DNA of 64,000 nt, taken from contig CAXBMO010000020.1 in NCBI GenBank assembly GCA_963977015.1, positions 32,001 to 96,000 on the forward strand, read 5' to 3'. The position numbers and the translations under genes are program-made. Each line of letters opens with the position of its first letter. Position 1 is the first letter of the stretch. Shown one piece after another: positions 47,558-59,300 of the stretch. Below the pieces are notes generated by a model, which did no database searches, was not told where the DNA came from, and saw nothing but the letters and a program-made list of their open reading frames with translations. Source of the stretch: an uncultured bacterium. GTDB lineage: Bacteria; Verrucomicrobiota; Verrucomicrobiia; Verrucomicrobiales; DEV007.

Positions 47558-48403
47558 CTAACGGGACCTTGTCGCAACCAAGCCTGCGGATTTGAAAACG
47601 TCCGACGGCAGAATGGTCAGGTCGGCGATGTAGGTCTGATTCCCAAACGCGGCACCACCGTCTTCACTGTCGACCGCCAGAATAATCCCACCAAGCTCCC
47701 ACTGCTTGGTGTGGCGATTGTAGACGAAAGCCGCTCCGCCGGAATCACCCGGCGTCGCCTGGCACTGGAAACTTCCCGGACGAAATTCCGTCGAATATCC
47801 AGGCGTCTGGTAGCGAAACGTTTTCATCATGGAACCAAATTGGTTCGCAACCCGGTTCACTCCCCAACGGATCCGGTAGTCATCGTTCCAATGAAACTTT
47901 GCCCCGGCAGACGATCTGCGATTCGTCCCGGAATTCCCGCTTCCAGCTCCCATCATCACAACGTAGGAACCGTGGTTTGGACAAACCGGCCCCAGCGGGA
48001 TGTCTTTGAGTTTCGCCAGGGAATCGTTGGAGGCAAACCGGATTCGAAAGACACAGAGATCGGAGAACGATCCATCCGGGTTTTGAAACCGTTGCTCGGA
48101 ACCGGGGATCGGCTGGTAGGTTGAACCATCCGCGAGTTGGAATTCGCCCGGGCCAACATGGGCTGCGGTCAGGACATAACCTCGACCAATGTAGACACCA
48201 GTCGATTCATTGAGGATGCCAACGTTTTCGAAGAACGGAAACGCGGTTGGAGTCTTCATCAGTGAGCGAAGCGCCCTTTGCAGGGCCCGCTCGGATGTAT
48301 GTTCCGGATTTCCGGTTGAGGTGACCAGTGAAAAGCCAGTGGTCTGTCCAACGGCAAAAATTGCGGCAATGACAGCAGCAATTCGGAAGGGCTTACGAAT
48401 CAT
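47558..48403 (-). CDS. Secreted trypsin-like serine protease
   Basis: Signal peptide; catalytic triad motifs VLTAAHV, SDL, GDSGG. Confidence 0.92.
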   Translation of the reverse strand: MIRKPFRIAAVIAAIFAVGQTTGFSLVTSTGNPEHTSERALQRALRSLMKTPTAFPFFENVGILNESTGVYIGRGYVLTAAHVGPGEFQLADGSTYQPIPGSEQRFQNPDGSFSDLCVFRIRFASNDSLAKLKDIPLGPVCPNHGSYVVMMGAGSGNSGTNRRSSAGAKFHWNDDYRIRWGVNRVANQFGSMMKTFRYQTPGYSTEFRPGSFQCQATPGDSGGAAFVYNRHTKQWELGGIILAVDSEDGGAAFGNQTYIADLTILPSDVFKSAGLVATRSR

Positions 48404-48420
48404 GTCTCATCGTTTCTCAA

Positions 48421-48602
48421 GTTGCAATCGGGGCACAACCCAGCTCATACGTTAGCCTCAGGGACACAGGGGTCCCGGAAAACGAATGCGGTCGGGAACC
48501 CTCATCGAAATCCAAGGGTTCACAGGGGACGCAGCCTAGGAAGCTGCGTCATGAGCCGGGGGGGGCTACCTCGTTAGCCAGCCAGGGACGAGGGATTGCA
48601 AT
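48421..48602 (-). ncRNA. Candidate structured RNA (5' leader of the protease gene or sRNA), unclassified
   Basis: Six nested complementary stems; most non-Watson-Crick positions become G-U pairs on the minus strand; UUCG loop; repeated motifs. Confidence 0.6.
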
Positions 48603-48823
48603 TCAAAAAGACGCGTGAGATCGAAACGGTGAGGAGTGCTTTCATGGTGGTTTCTAAATGTGAGGAGGGTAGTTGAAAGGACGGTTCTAAAATCCCTACA
48701 ACCACGGGTAGAATACCTTCGGGAAGGAGGATGGTCAATGGACTTTTATAATTTCCATAATTTAGCGTTCAAGCTTTTCGCGTTGCTGCTGAGAGGTTTC
48801 CGCCACAGAGTCGCCGCGCACGC

Positions 48824-49777
48824 ATGACGGAAACAGTCCACAATCTGGGATCGCTTTTCTTCGGAATCATTTTGCCGATCATTGCAACGACCCTGTTCGG
48901 GTTCGTTCTCGACCGCCGGTTCCACGTGGATTTGGCGACCCTGGTGCGCCTCAATCTCTACGTCTTTGTGCCCGCCTTCATCTTCGTGCGGCTGATTGAG
49001 TCCACCGTCCCCACGGCGCTCGGATTCCGCGCCGTCGGCTTCACCCTCACGATGATCGGGATCATGGCGCTGCTGAGTTGGCTCGTCGCGGCGATCACCA
49101 GAATCGATCCCCCGGCCCGAAAAGCACTTCAGCTCTCCACCATGTTTTACAACAGCGGAAACTACGGGATTCCGCTGATGACGCTGGCGTTTGCCCCCCT
49201 TGGTCCCGTTTTGCAGGCCTTCGTCCTCATGACGATGAACATCTCCACCTTTACGATCGGCCTTTGGCTTGCCGCCTCCCAGAATCACGATCGAACTCAG
49301 GGCTGGTGGCGCCCGCTGCTTCCCGTTCTGCGCCAGCCCTCAATCTATGCGATTGCTCTCGCTCTCACGATCAAGGCCATGGGATTGGAGGATGAAATCA
49401 GCTCGATTGCACCGATTTGGAAACCGCTCGGCTATCTGGGTGATGGTTTGGTCGGATTCGCGCTCCTCACGCTTGGGGTCCAACTCAACCAAACCAAACC
49501 GCCTCCCATCCGCGGGAATCTGGCGCTGGCCCTGGCCATTCGCCTCCTCGCCGCCCCATTGATTGCGGCTGGCCTCGTCCAGGTTTTCCGCTTCGAATGG
49601 GAGGTCGCCCGAATCCTCATTTTGAGCACCTCCGTCCCGACAGCGGTCAACACTGCCTTGCTCGCTCACGAATACAAAGCCGACGGCCGCTTCGCCTCCG
49701 CCGTCGTATTCTACTCCACCATCTTCAGCGCGATTACGGTGACGATTGTGCTTTTCATCTTGAAAAGCGTCCAGTGA
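48824..49777 (+). CDS. AEC (auxin efflux carrier) family transporter
   Basis: YVFVPAFIF; YNSGNYGIP; PTAVN; about 10 TM segments. Confidence 0.92.
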   Translation: MTETVHNLGSLFFGIILPIIATTLFGFVLDRRFHVDLATLVRLNLYVFVPAFIFVRLIESTVPTALGFRAVGFTLTMIGIMALLSWLVAAITRIDPPARKALQLSTMFYNSGNYGIPLMTLAFAPLGPVLQAFVLMTMNISTFTIGLWLAASQNHDRTQGWWRPLLPVLRQPSIYAIALALTIKAMGLEDEISSIAPIWKPLGYLGDGLVGFALLTLGVQLNQTKPPPIRGNLALALAIRLLAAPLIAAGLVQVFRFEWEVARILILSTSVPTAVNTALLAHEYKADGRFASAVVFYSTIFSAITVTIVLFILKSVQ

Positions 49778-49807
49778 GACCGCCTGATTTGGAAAGCCCC
49801 CTTGGAG

Positions 49808-50386
49808 ATGCCCGTTTTTCTCGAAAACACCGACCTTGAAACCCACCTAAAGGCCCTGAAAACGACCATTGTGTTCGTTTCGGCCTGGACGGCGCTGTTT
49901 CTCTACGGGTGGACGGTGGTCCGCTTGGCGGTCGAGGCGCTCCCTTCGCCCCGCCCCCGCTTGCTCTGGACCATCGGCTGCATGGTCTATGCGGTGCATG
50001 TGGTCAGCGCGTTTGATGTCTTTTTCCACTGGAGCCACGCGGCGGCACATCGCGAAACAGAGCTGCGTTCGATGGCGGTGACCGGCGTTCGGGCCGGTTG
50101 GGGAATCTGGTTGAACTATCTGTTTGGGGCGGTTTGGATCGCCGATACGATTTGGTGGTACGCAGTCGGCGATGAGCGGTATCGGAAGCGAGGGGCGAAG
50201 AGTTTCTGGCTACTTCACGGCTTCATCCTGTTCATGATGTTCAACGGCGCCTTCGTCTTTGTGGATCGCTGGGCGCGTTGGCCGGGTTTGATCCTGTTTC
50301 TTGTCAGCCTCTGGGCAGTCATCACGCTATCCCGACGTCGGTTCGAGCAATTCCGTGACAAACCGGCGATGGCGCCCACCCCATGA
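49808..50386 (+). CDS. Hypothetical membrane protein
   Basis: About 5 TM segments; His/Trp-rich (HWSHAAA); ATGA overlap with the GT4 gene. Confidence 0.75.
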   Translation: MPVFLENTDLETHLKALKTTIVFVSAWTALFLYGWTVVRLAVEALPSPRPRLLWTIGCMVYAVHVVSAFDVFFHWSHAAAHRETELRSMAVTGVRAGWGIWLNYLFGAVWIADTIWWYAVGDERYRKRGAKSFWLLHGFILFMMFNGAFVFVDRWARWPGLILFLVSLWAVITLSRRRFEQFRDKPAMAPTP

Positions 50387-51675
50387 ACCCGCAGAATCCC
50401 AAAGTTGTTTTTGTCACCGCCGGTGGCGCCGGAATGTACTGCGGCAGTTGCATGCGCGACAACACCCAGGTCCGTAATCTCATCCAAAAGGGCTGGGACA
50501 TTGAGCTGGTTCCGGCCTACACGCCGGTCACGACGGACGAAGAAGACGTCAGCATCGACCGCGTGGTGCTTGGCGGCATCAACATGTTTCTCGACCAGGC
50601 AGTCCCGCTGTTTCAATACCTGCCCGGTTGGGTGACGAATTGGCTCGATCGTCCGGGAATCATTCGCCGGGCGACGAGTGGCACGGTCAAGGTCGATGCC
50701 GCGAAACTCGGTCCCATGACGTTGGCGACCGTCAAAGGCGAAGCTGGTGCCCAACGCCGCGAACACCGCAAATTCGTGCGTTGGCTGAAAGAAGAGTCGC
50801 AGCCCAACCTCATCAACCTGACCAACCTACTGATCGGCGGTTGCATCCCGATGATCAGGAAAGAGCTTCCGAACGTGCCCATTTTGGTCACGATTCAGGG
50901 CGACGATCTCTTTCTCGATCAACTCACCGAACCCTGGCGCTCCCGGGTCATCGAGCAGATGCGCTCGCTCGCCCAAGACGTGGATGGCTTTGTCACCTTC
51001 AGCCGCTTCTATGCCGATGTGATGAGCCGGATGTTGGAGATTGAGCCGGACAAATTTCACATCGTTCCGCTCGGCATCGAAGCGGCCGATTTTCATCAGT
51101 TGGAGCGACTCCCCGGTCGCCCCGCCACCATCGGTTTTTTTGCCCGAATCAGCCCCGAGAAAGGCTTTCATCATTTCGTCGATGGATTTCTGGAATTGGC
51201 CAAACGCCCCGGGATGGAGGACGTCCACATTCGTGCGGGAGGATGGCTTGCCGGTCAGGATGAGGAGTTCTATGCCGAACAGCTTGAGAAATTGAAAGCC
51301 GCAGGGCTCGACTCCCGCTTTACCTACGTTGGGAGCCCTGATCGGGCGGGGAAGCTTCGCTTTTTTCAGGAGATCGATCTCTTTTCCGTTCCGACCGAAT
51401 ATCTCGAGCCCAAGGGCCTCTACGTGCTCGAAGCGCTCGCCTCCGGACTTCCGGTTGTGCAACCCCATCACGGCTCGTTCCCTGAACTGCTGGAGGGCGT
51501 CACCGCCGCGCGGCTGGTTGAACCGAAGAATCCCATCCCTCTCGCTGACGCCTGGCTGGAGGTTCTCGAGACCCATTCGCTGGTTCCCGACCGCCACAGC
51601 GTCGCCGCGACGCATTCGGCGGAACAAATGGCGGATGCAGCGGCCGAGATTTATCGGCAGTATCTCAACGCCTAG
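50383..51675 (+). CDS. Glycosyltransferase family 4
   Basis: GMYCGSCMRD; RISPEKG; EPKGLYVLEALASGLPVV. Confidence 0.92.
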   Translation: MNPQNPKVVFVTAGGAGMYCGSCMRDNTQVRNLIQKGWDIELVPAYTPVTTDEEDVSIDRVVLGGINMFLDQAVPLFQYLPGWVTNWLDRPGIIRRATSGTVKVDAAKLGPMTLATVKGEAGAQRREHRKFVRWLKEESQPNLINLTNLLIGGCIPMIRKELPNVPILVTIQGDDLFLDQLTEPWRSRVIEQMRSLAQDVDGFVTFSRFYADVMSRMLEIEPDKFHIVPLGIEAADFHQLERLPGRPATIGFFARISPEKGFHHFVDGFLELAKRPGMEDVHIRAGGWLAGQDEEFYAEQLEKLKAAGLDSRFTYVGSPDRAGKLRFFQEIDLFSVPTEYLEPKGLYVLEALASGLPVVQPHHGSFPELLEGVTAARLVEPKNPIPLADAWLEVLETHSLVPDRHSVAATHSAEQMADAAAEIYRQYLNA

Positions 51676-51768
51676 CCTGACCGATCCAGCGGAACGAACT
51701 TTCGCCTTGCGTTGGGTCCGCCTCCTTGCCTGATTGGACCTTTCCAATCCAAACCCCTTTCCCAATTT

Positions 51769-52224
51769 ATGAGCGCCGACGCAAAACTCACTGAACTGAA
51801 TCTGATCCTGCCCGATGCCCCTCCACCCGGCGGCGTTTACAAGCCCCTCGTGATTGCCGGAAACATGGCTTACCTCTCTGGTCATGGCCCCTACAACAAC
51901 GGCTCCTACACGACGGGCCGTCTGGGGGATGACCTCGATGTCGAAGCTGGCTATGCCGCAGCTCGCCAGACCGGTCTTACCTTGCTGCGAACCATGAAAG
52001 ACACGCTCGGGAGTCTGGATCGCGTCAAGCGCGTCATCAAATTGCTCGGGCTGGTTCAGTGCACTTCGGAGTTCAACCAGCAACCGCAGGTCATCAACGG
52101 GTGCAGCGAACTCTTCAAGGAAGTTTTTGGTGAGGCTGGAATTGGCGCCCGCAGCGCGATCGGAACCAACGCGTTGCCGGGGAATCTTGCCGTCGAGATC
52201 GAAGCGATTGTCGAAATCGAATGA
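51769..52224 (+). CDS. RidA/YjgF family protein
   Basis: YLSGHGP; VINGCSELF; ARSAIG; VEIE. Confidence 0.92.
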   Translation: MSADAKLTELNLILPDAPPPGGVYKPLVIAGNMAYLSGHGPYNNGSYTTGRLGDDLDVEAGYAAARQTGLTLLRTMKDTLGSLDRVKRVIKLLGLVQCTSEFNQQPQVINGCSELFKEVFGEAGIGARSAIGTNALPGNLAVEIEAIVEIE

Positions 52225-53309
52225 GCGATCCTTCCTGGTTCGAAGTCGACAACGTCGACGAAATCCCCTCCCCTGCTCTCCTCGTTTATCCCGACCGGGT
52301 TCAGGCGAACATCGCCCGGATGCTGGAGATCGTTGATGGCGACACGGCGCGTCTTCGCCCTCACGTGAAGACCCATAAAATGGCCGAGGTAGTCCGGATG
52401 CAGATCGACGCCGGGATCGTGAAATTCAAGTGTGCGACCATCGCCGAAGCCGAACTGACTGCGGGAGCCGGAGCGAAAGACGTTTTGCTGTCCTACCAGC
52501 CGGTTGGGCCCAACGTCAGGCGTTTTGCGGACCTCAACGCCAAATTCCCCAACACCAGCTTTGCCGCGATGGTCGACGCCCCGGATATTGTCGACCAATT
52601 GGCGAAGTTCGAGGGCAACTTTCGTCTCTTTGTCGATGTCGATTGTGGGATGGGACGAACCGGTATTTCACCGGCCGACGCTCCTGAGTTGTGCCGCCAT
52701 ATCCAGGACACGGAAGGAGTTACCTTTGCCGGGATTCATGCCTACGATGGCCACATACACGACGCGTCTCTCCAGATTCGGGAACAGGAATTTGGTTCAG
52801 CGATGGAGTCGATTCGTGAGTTGATCGATGAAGTGAAACCTCCAACCCTGATTTGTGGTGGTTCGCCCACGTTTGCGCTTCATGCCGGCGGAACCTGGGA
52901 ATGCAGCCCGGGAACAACCCTCTTTTGGGATGCCGGCTACCAATCGGCTTACCCGGATTTGGATTTTGAGGTCGCAGCCGTGTTGCTGACGCGCGTCGCA
53001 AGCAAGCCGGGAACCAATCGCCTTTGCCTTGAGCTCGGCCACAAGGCGATCGCGGCGGAAAACCCGCTGGATCGACGAGTGCGCTTTCTGAATCTGGAAA
53101 ACGCGGTCCCGATCATGCAAAGCGAGGAGCATTTGGTGGTCGAGGTTCCCCATCCCGAGGCTTTTTCCCTCGGCGACGTCATTTACGCCGTTCCCATCCA
53201 CATCTGCCCCACCGTGGCTCTCCACGAGGAAGCCGCGATGATTCGTGATGGGTCATTCACCGGTGAAACCTGGCAAGTGCTTGCCCGGAGAAGAAAACTG
53301 ACGGTTTAG
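52221..53309 (+). CDS. D-threonine aldolase / DSD1-like PLP-dependent enzyme (fold type III)
   Basis: RPHVKTHK; CATIAEAE; GMGRTG; HAYDGH; SEEHL; HICPTV. Confidence 0.9.
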   Translation: MSDPSWFEVDNVDEIPSPALLVYPDRVQANIARMLEIVDGDTARLRPHVKTHKMAEVVRMQIDAGIVKFKCATIAEAELTAGAGAKDVLLSYQPVGPNVRRFADLNAKFPNTSFAAMVDAPDIVDQLAKFEGNFRLFVDVDCGMGRTGISPADAPELCRHIQDTEGVTFAGIHAYDGHIHDASLQIREQEFGSAMESIRELIDEVKPPTLICGGSPTFALHAGGTWECSPGTTLFWDAGYQSAYPDLDFEVAAVLLTRVASKPGTNRLCLELGHKAIAAENPLDRRVRFLNLENAVPIMQSEEHLVVEVPHPEAFSLGDVIYAVPIHICPTVALHEEAAMIRDGSFTGETWQVLARRRKLTV

Positions 53310-53414
53310 GATCTCGAAAAGCACCTTCGGACGACCCTTTTCACCAGTCCCGCAGGCAATGGTGGGCTCGTGACCCGGCCTTTTTGATGCTTTCCGAGTG
53401 TTTTTGGTTGATTG

Positions 53415-53436
53415 ATTGTTAAGCTTCTTTAACAAT
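53415..53436. promoter_or_regulatory. Palindromic operator candidate ATTGTTAA-N6-TTAACAAT upstream of the porin gene
   Basis: Perfect 8-bp inverted repeat in an AT-rich promoter region, 13 nt before ATG 53450. Confidence 0.55.
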
Positions 53437-53449
53437 AATCCCGAAAACT

Positions 53450-54769
53450 ATGAAAACTCGATCTCTGCCGATCCATTGCTTCAAAGTCTCCCTCCTTCTT
53501 TGTGCGCTGAATTGCCCGACGGTTTCCCCGGCCAGTGACAAAGGCGTGGCCGTTTCGGAGGACTTTTATTCGGACCAGGTCCATTCGTTAGGGCCCATCG
53601 CGTTCAATACCGAGTATTCCAAGAAAATCGTCAACTGGCAGCAATACGTCACAGAGAAGCCCTACCACATTCTTCAACAGACCAAACTCGGCGGGGTAAA
53701 GTCCAATGCATTGACGGTCTCCGGAGCGGTTTGGGGAACGTGGATGCATGAGCAAACCAACGTTGCAGGCAAATTTCCGATTCTCTCACGATTTCCCGAC
53801 CAACACGGCAGCGTCGACACCGAGGCAGATCGGTGGATTCTCAACAACGCCGCCCTCGCGCTCACCGGCCGGGTTGGCGATTGGGTTACGCTCTTTGCGC
53901 AGGGAGAGTTTTCCGACATCGAATTCATTGGCCAGGACCAATACCAGGTCCGCAAAGCGCTCGTCATGATCGGGAACCTGGAGAAATTTCCGCTCTACAC
54001 CTACTTTGGTCGCAATACCGTCGATTTCGGCTTTTTCGATGCCTACAATCCCTTTACCCATTCCGTCAACAATCACAGCTTTCGGGTTGATTCCGACGAC
54101 CCGATTCTCGCCATCGGTTATGCGCCGCAATTCATCGAAGGGCTGAATTTCGTGGCCACGGCAATTCCCGGCGGGCGCCATCTCCGGGTCGCCGATTCCG
54201 ATGGCAGCGGCCAGTTCGACAACTACGCGGCGAATCTGACCTACCGGGCGATTGTCAATGACGACACCGCGATTCGGGTCGGTGCGGGCTGGCTCAATTC
54301 GACGATCTACAACACCGAGTTTCCTCATCACCCCGGTCCATCTCACGGATTTTCCCTCGGCAATGCCACGACTGACATCAAGAATGGTGCCTGGGACGTC
54401 AACGCAGAGCTTCGCTGGCGGAAATTCTCCATCGCAGGAGAATTCACCACGACCCAGGAAAGTTGGCCTTCCACCGGCGAACGCGTTACCGCATTAACCG
54501 GGCAGTTTGCCTACGATTTTGACCTGTTTGGTAAGCCAACGCGCTTTTCCTACGTTTATGGCGTCAACTATCTCGGCCCGGACGATACCGAGTACGAACA
54601 GTTGAAGCAGATCGCGGTGGGACTGGAAACCGAGATCTGTCCGAACTTTCAACTCGGGATCGAGTATGTCCGCAACAGCGCATTCGTGCCGTTGATCGCC
54701 ATCACGCAGGCGAGCGATGCAAGCGTCCGGACCGACACCGTGATTGCCGGTGGCAAGCTGACGTTCTAA
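53450..54769 (+). CDS. Outer membrane beta-barrel porin (possibly LbtU-like)
   Basis: Signal peptide; amphipathic beta-strands; IGNLEKFPLYTYFGR; C-terminal Phe (GKLTF). Confidence 0.75.
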   Translation: MKTRSLPIHCFKVSLLLCALNCPTVSPASDKGVAVSEDFYSDQVHSLGPIAFNTEYSKKIVNWQQYVTEKPYHILQQTKLGGVKSNALTVSGAVWGTWMHEQTNVAGKFPILSRFPDQHGSVDTEADRWILNNAALALTGRVGDWVTLFAQGEFSDIEFIGQDQYQVRKALVMIGNLEKFPLYTYFGRNTVDFGFFDAYNPFTHSVNNHSFRVDSDDPILAIGYAPQFIEGLNFVATAIPGGRHLRVADSDGSGQFDNYAANLTYRAIVNDDTAIRVGAGWLNSTIYNTEFPHHPGPSHGFSLGNATTDIKNGAWDVNAELRWRKFSIAGEFTTTQESWPSTGERVTALTGQFAYDFDLFGKPTRFSYVYGVNYLGPDDTEYEQLKQIAVGLETEICPNFQLGIEYVRNSAFVPLIAITQASDASVRTDTVIAGGKLTF

Positions 54770-54787
54770 CTAAAGCGGGCAGTCGCC

Positions 54788-56230
<1,443 letters not shown>

Positions 56231-56383
56231 GTTTGTGCGCTAACCTAGCGTGGAATCCGAGTTCGCAAGCTGGATTTGTCGGATACCTTGCAACCAGAGT
56301 CTCCCGGCCTTGGAAGGCTTCGAGTGGTCGCAGCACCTTCCAGCAGGCTCGGCATCAACAACCGTTACTAATTTGTCAGTGCA

Positions 56384-59300
56384 TTAGTAGTTCTTTAGTA
56401 GTTCTCCAATCGCCTCTTCCGCTGCGATTCGATGGTTTTTCTGGAGTTTCGGCGTTTCCAGAACGGCACGATAGACCTTCAACGCCTCCTCGTTTTTTCC
56501 GGCAGCGGCCAGTGTTTCCGCCCGCGCCAAGAGCAGGGAACCACCCCAGGTTCCGCTCAGCTTTCCGGCATCGACGAGATCCAGCACCTGAAGCGCTTCC
56601 GCAAATTCTCCGCGGCGGGTGAGAATCCGGGTGGCGCCCAAAATCGCGGAGTAATACTCGGAGCTCCCGGTGCCGTAGGTGCTACCACAAAGCTCGCGAT
56701 AGGTCTCCAATGCCGCGTCGTCGTTCTTCAAAACGTGTTCACGATTGAATCCCATGGTTTGCAGAATGTTCATTCGTTTGCGGCGATCGGAAGTGAACTC
56801 CAACGCAATCCGGAGATCGGCTTCAGCGCGTTCTCCGGCATTCGCGCGATAAAACGCCATTCCCCGGGCGAAGGCTCCGGCGCCTTTTTGCCAAAACGGC
56901 CATTGCGCAAAATCCTCTTCGCCGAATTGCTCCATCACCGCAACCCATTCCCGATTGCCGAGTAGATTTTCCATCTGCGCGGTTTTCCTGACGCTTTCCT
57001 GGGGGATTCGTCCGGCCAGCTCGTCCGCGCGCCCGTAATCCTTGAGTAGGCGGGCACACGCTGAAGCTTGGTGAAGCGCATCCGATTTCTGGAAATCCGT
57101 TGCCTTTTCACCTTCCGCCAACGCGACCCATGCGGAGATGGCGTCCTCATAGTTTCTTCCCGTCACCAGTTTGGCGGCTGCGCGGCTGGCGATGACAAAA
57201 TCGGTCACGGCCGGTTCGACCTCAAACCGATACGATCCACCGTCATACAGGTAGGCGAACTTCATTGGAATGTGATAGCCGGACGTTCCCGTCGGCGAAA
57301 ACGCGGAATGCTCGGATCCGTTTTCGCGGATTCGCTGACGACAAATGTTAAAATGCCAGGGCAAGCTGCTCGACGGTTTGCGCCCGATCACTTGATTCAG
57401 CGGATCGTTTTCGTCGTCCGTCACGGGGATCCGAATTTCGACCGTCCAGTGATCGTCCGCCACGTGGGTCGCCACTTCCGCCTGGGATTCCCACCGAAAC
57501 CACGCGCTTTTGTCCGCGCCGCGATCCAGATCGACCAACGCGCCCGCGGGATTGACGGCGATTTGGTAGTAGCTGTGCGAATCGGTTGCGAGCTGGATCT
57601 CGATGAGATCGCCATACCAAATCGACTGATCCTCACGCTTCTCCGTTGCGATATTCAACGCCTCTCCGGGTCGCTCTTCGCAGCGGATCCCAAAATAGAG
57701 GTTTCCCCGATCCCAACCGGTCTTCACCGTCGTGCCGTAGATCGGCAGGCGCCCGGTCTGAAGTTCCCGCAAACTCCCGGTGGAGGTGGAAAGGCAATTC
57801 ACCCAATAACCGTCATCGAGCTTGCCATCCATGACCACATCCGTAACCTCGCGAACGGTGCGCAATTGAGGGAGTGGTCCGCGCTTCTTTCCGAGTTGGC
57901 TGGCCTTGCTTCGAAGCGCTTCCAGAAACGTATCAACCAACCCGATTCGCTTCCCATAGACTGAGTCCGGGCTGGCGAGCGACTTCGCCGCGGCGAACAA
58001 TTCCAACGCGGTATCGACTTTCTCCTTATCGCGCTCCATGTCCTGCCAGTGATCCTCACAGTAGTCGAAGAACGCGTTCATCCGGCTCCCGGCCGGGCCG
58101 TAAAAAAGCCGACAATACTCGTTAAACATCGCCGACGGATCCTGCTCCTTCCCGCCCCAATACATCCGCGCCGTGAAATAGACCTGTACGTGATTGAAGC
58201 CGATGTCGACAGTGTCGAAATCCCGCCCCAGGCTTAACCAAATATCCTCACCACTGGATACCCCCTTGGTCGCATTGATGCTTTCGCCGATCGCTTTTGG
58301 AACGAACGCGGGGAGGTAAAAACCGCGCCCCGTGAAGGGATAGTTTTCGAAAATCATCAGGGAATTCCGGGTTTTCGCCTCCCAGCCCGCTCTCAATTGG
58401 CGAATCGCTTCACGCTGGTCCGGCAGATTGTTTCGCGGGCGCCGTCCGCCGACGATCACGACCTGAACATTGGGCTCCAGCTTCTCAATGTTGGTCGGCG
58501 GATCCGTGTTCGCCCCGTAGGCACAGCAGATGATCTTTTTGTCCGGATGCGTTTTCCCAACTTCTTTGGCAACCCGGTTCACGAAGTCCCAAACGTGGTT
58601 GGACAGCTTTCCTCGCGAACCCATTTCCGGGATCTCCTTCCCTTCACACAATTCGCACTGACAGATCGAAATGTAGGCGTCCGGCGGCATGATCGAGACC
58701 GTGTCGTAGTCGTAGACCTCAAATTGCGCCCGCGCCCAGCGCACCGTCGCCTGAAAGAGTTCCGCGTTTGAATAACAGAGGTGATTGAGCCGCTTGCCAG
58801 ACTGGTTGTCGAGTTTGCCGCCGTAACGCGCGAACCAGGTTGGGTGCTCGCGGCGAACGGCCTCCGTTCCCGTCATGGTATGCATTCCGTGAGCCACCAT
58901 CAGTCCGTAGGGATCGCGAACGCCCAGCCGCATCATCCACTTCATGGTGTCCTCCGACGCATTGCCGAAACGCACATTGAATCTGCGAACTTCAAAGTCC
59001 GGCCTCGTAACTTCATCGATTTTTGGCAACGCGATCGACGCCATTTTCGGGACGACTTCGCCAACTTCTCCGGGGAGATACCACCGAACGCCGAGGCTGC
59101 GCAAAAATCCGCAAACCGCGTTGAATGAGCCCCGTTCGTCATAGCCCCAGATTTCGAGCGATTCGTTCTTTGCCGCCTCCACTCCATCGGGTTTGCCAAT
59201 CTCACCGGAAAGCCTGGCCCGGTTCTTGTACATCCCACCATTCGGAACGCCAAACGGCTCGCCAATGATCGTTTCCCATTCAGCCTGCAACCTGCCACTG

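Noticed and set aside
48421-48745. Plus-strand CsrB/RsmZ-like sRNA (many GGA motifs)
   Set aside because: Most G-U pairs and the UUCG loop favour the minus strand, only one GGA sits in a hairpin loop, and there is no terminator. Not fully excluded.
53354-53395. Fluoride riboswitch (GGCAATGGTG...TGATG)
   Set aside because: The P1 and pseudoknot complementarity required by the crcB motif is absent, and the downstream gene is unrelated.
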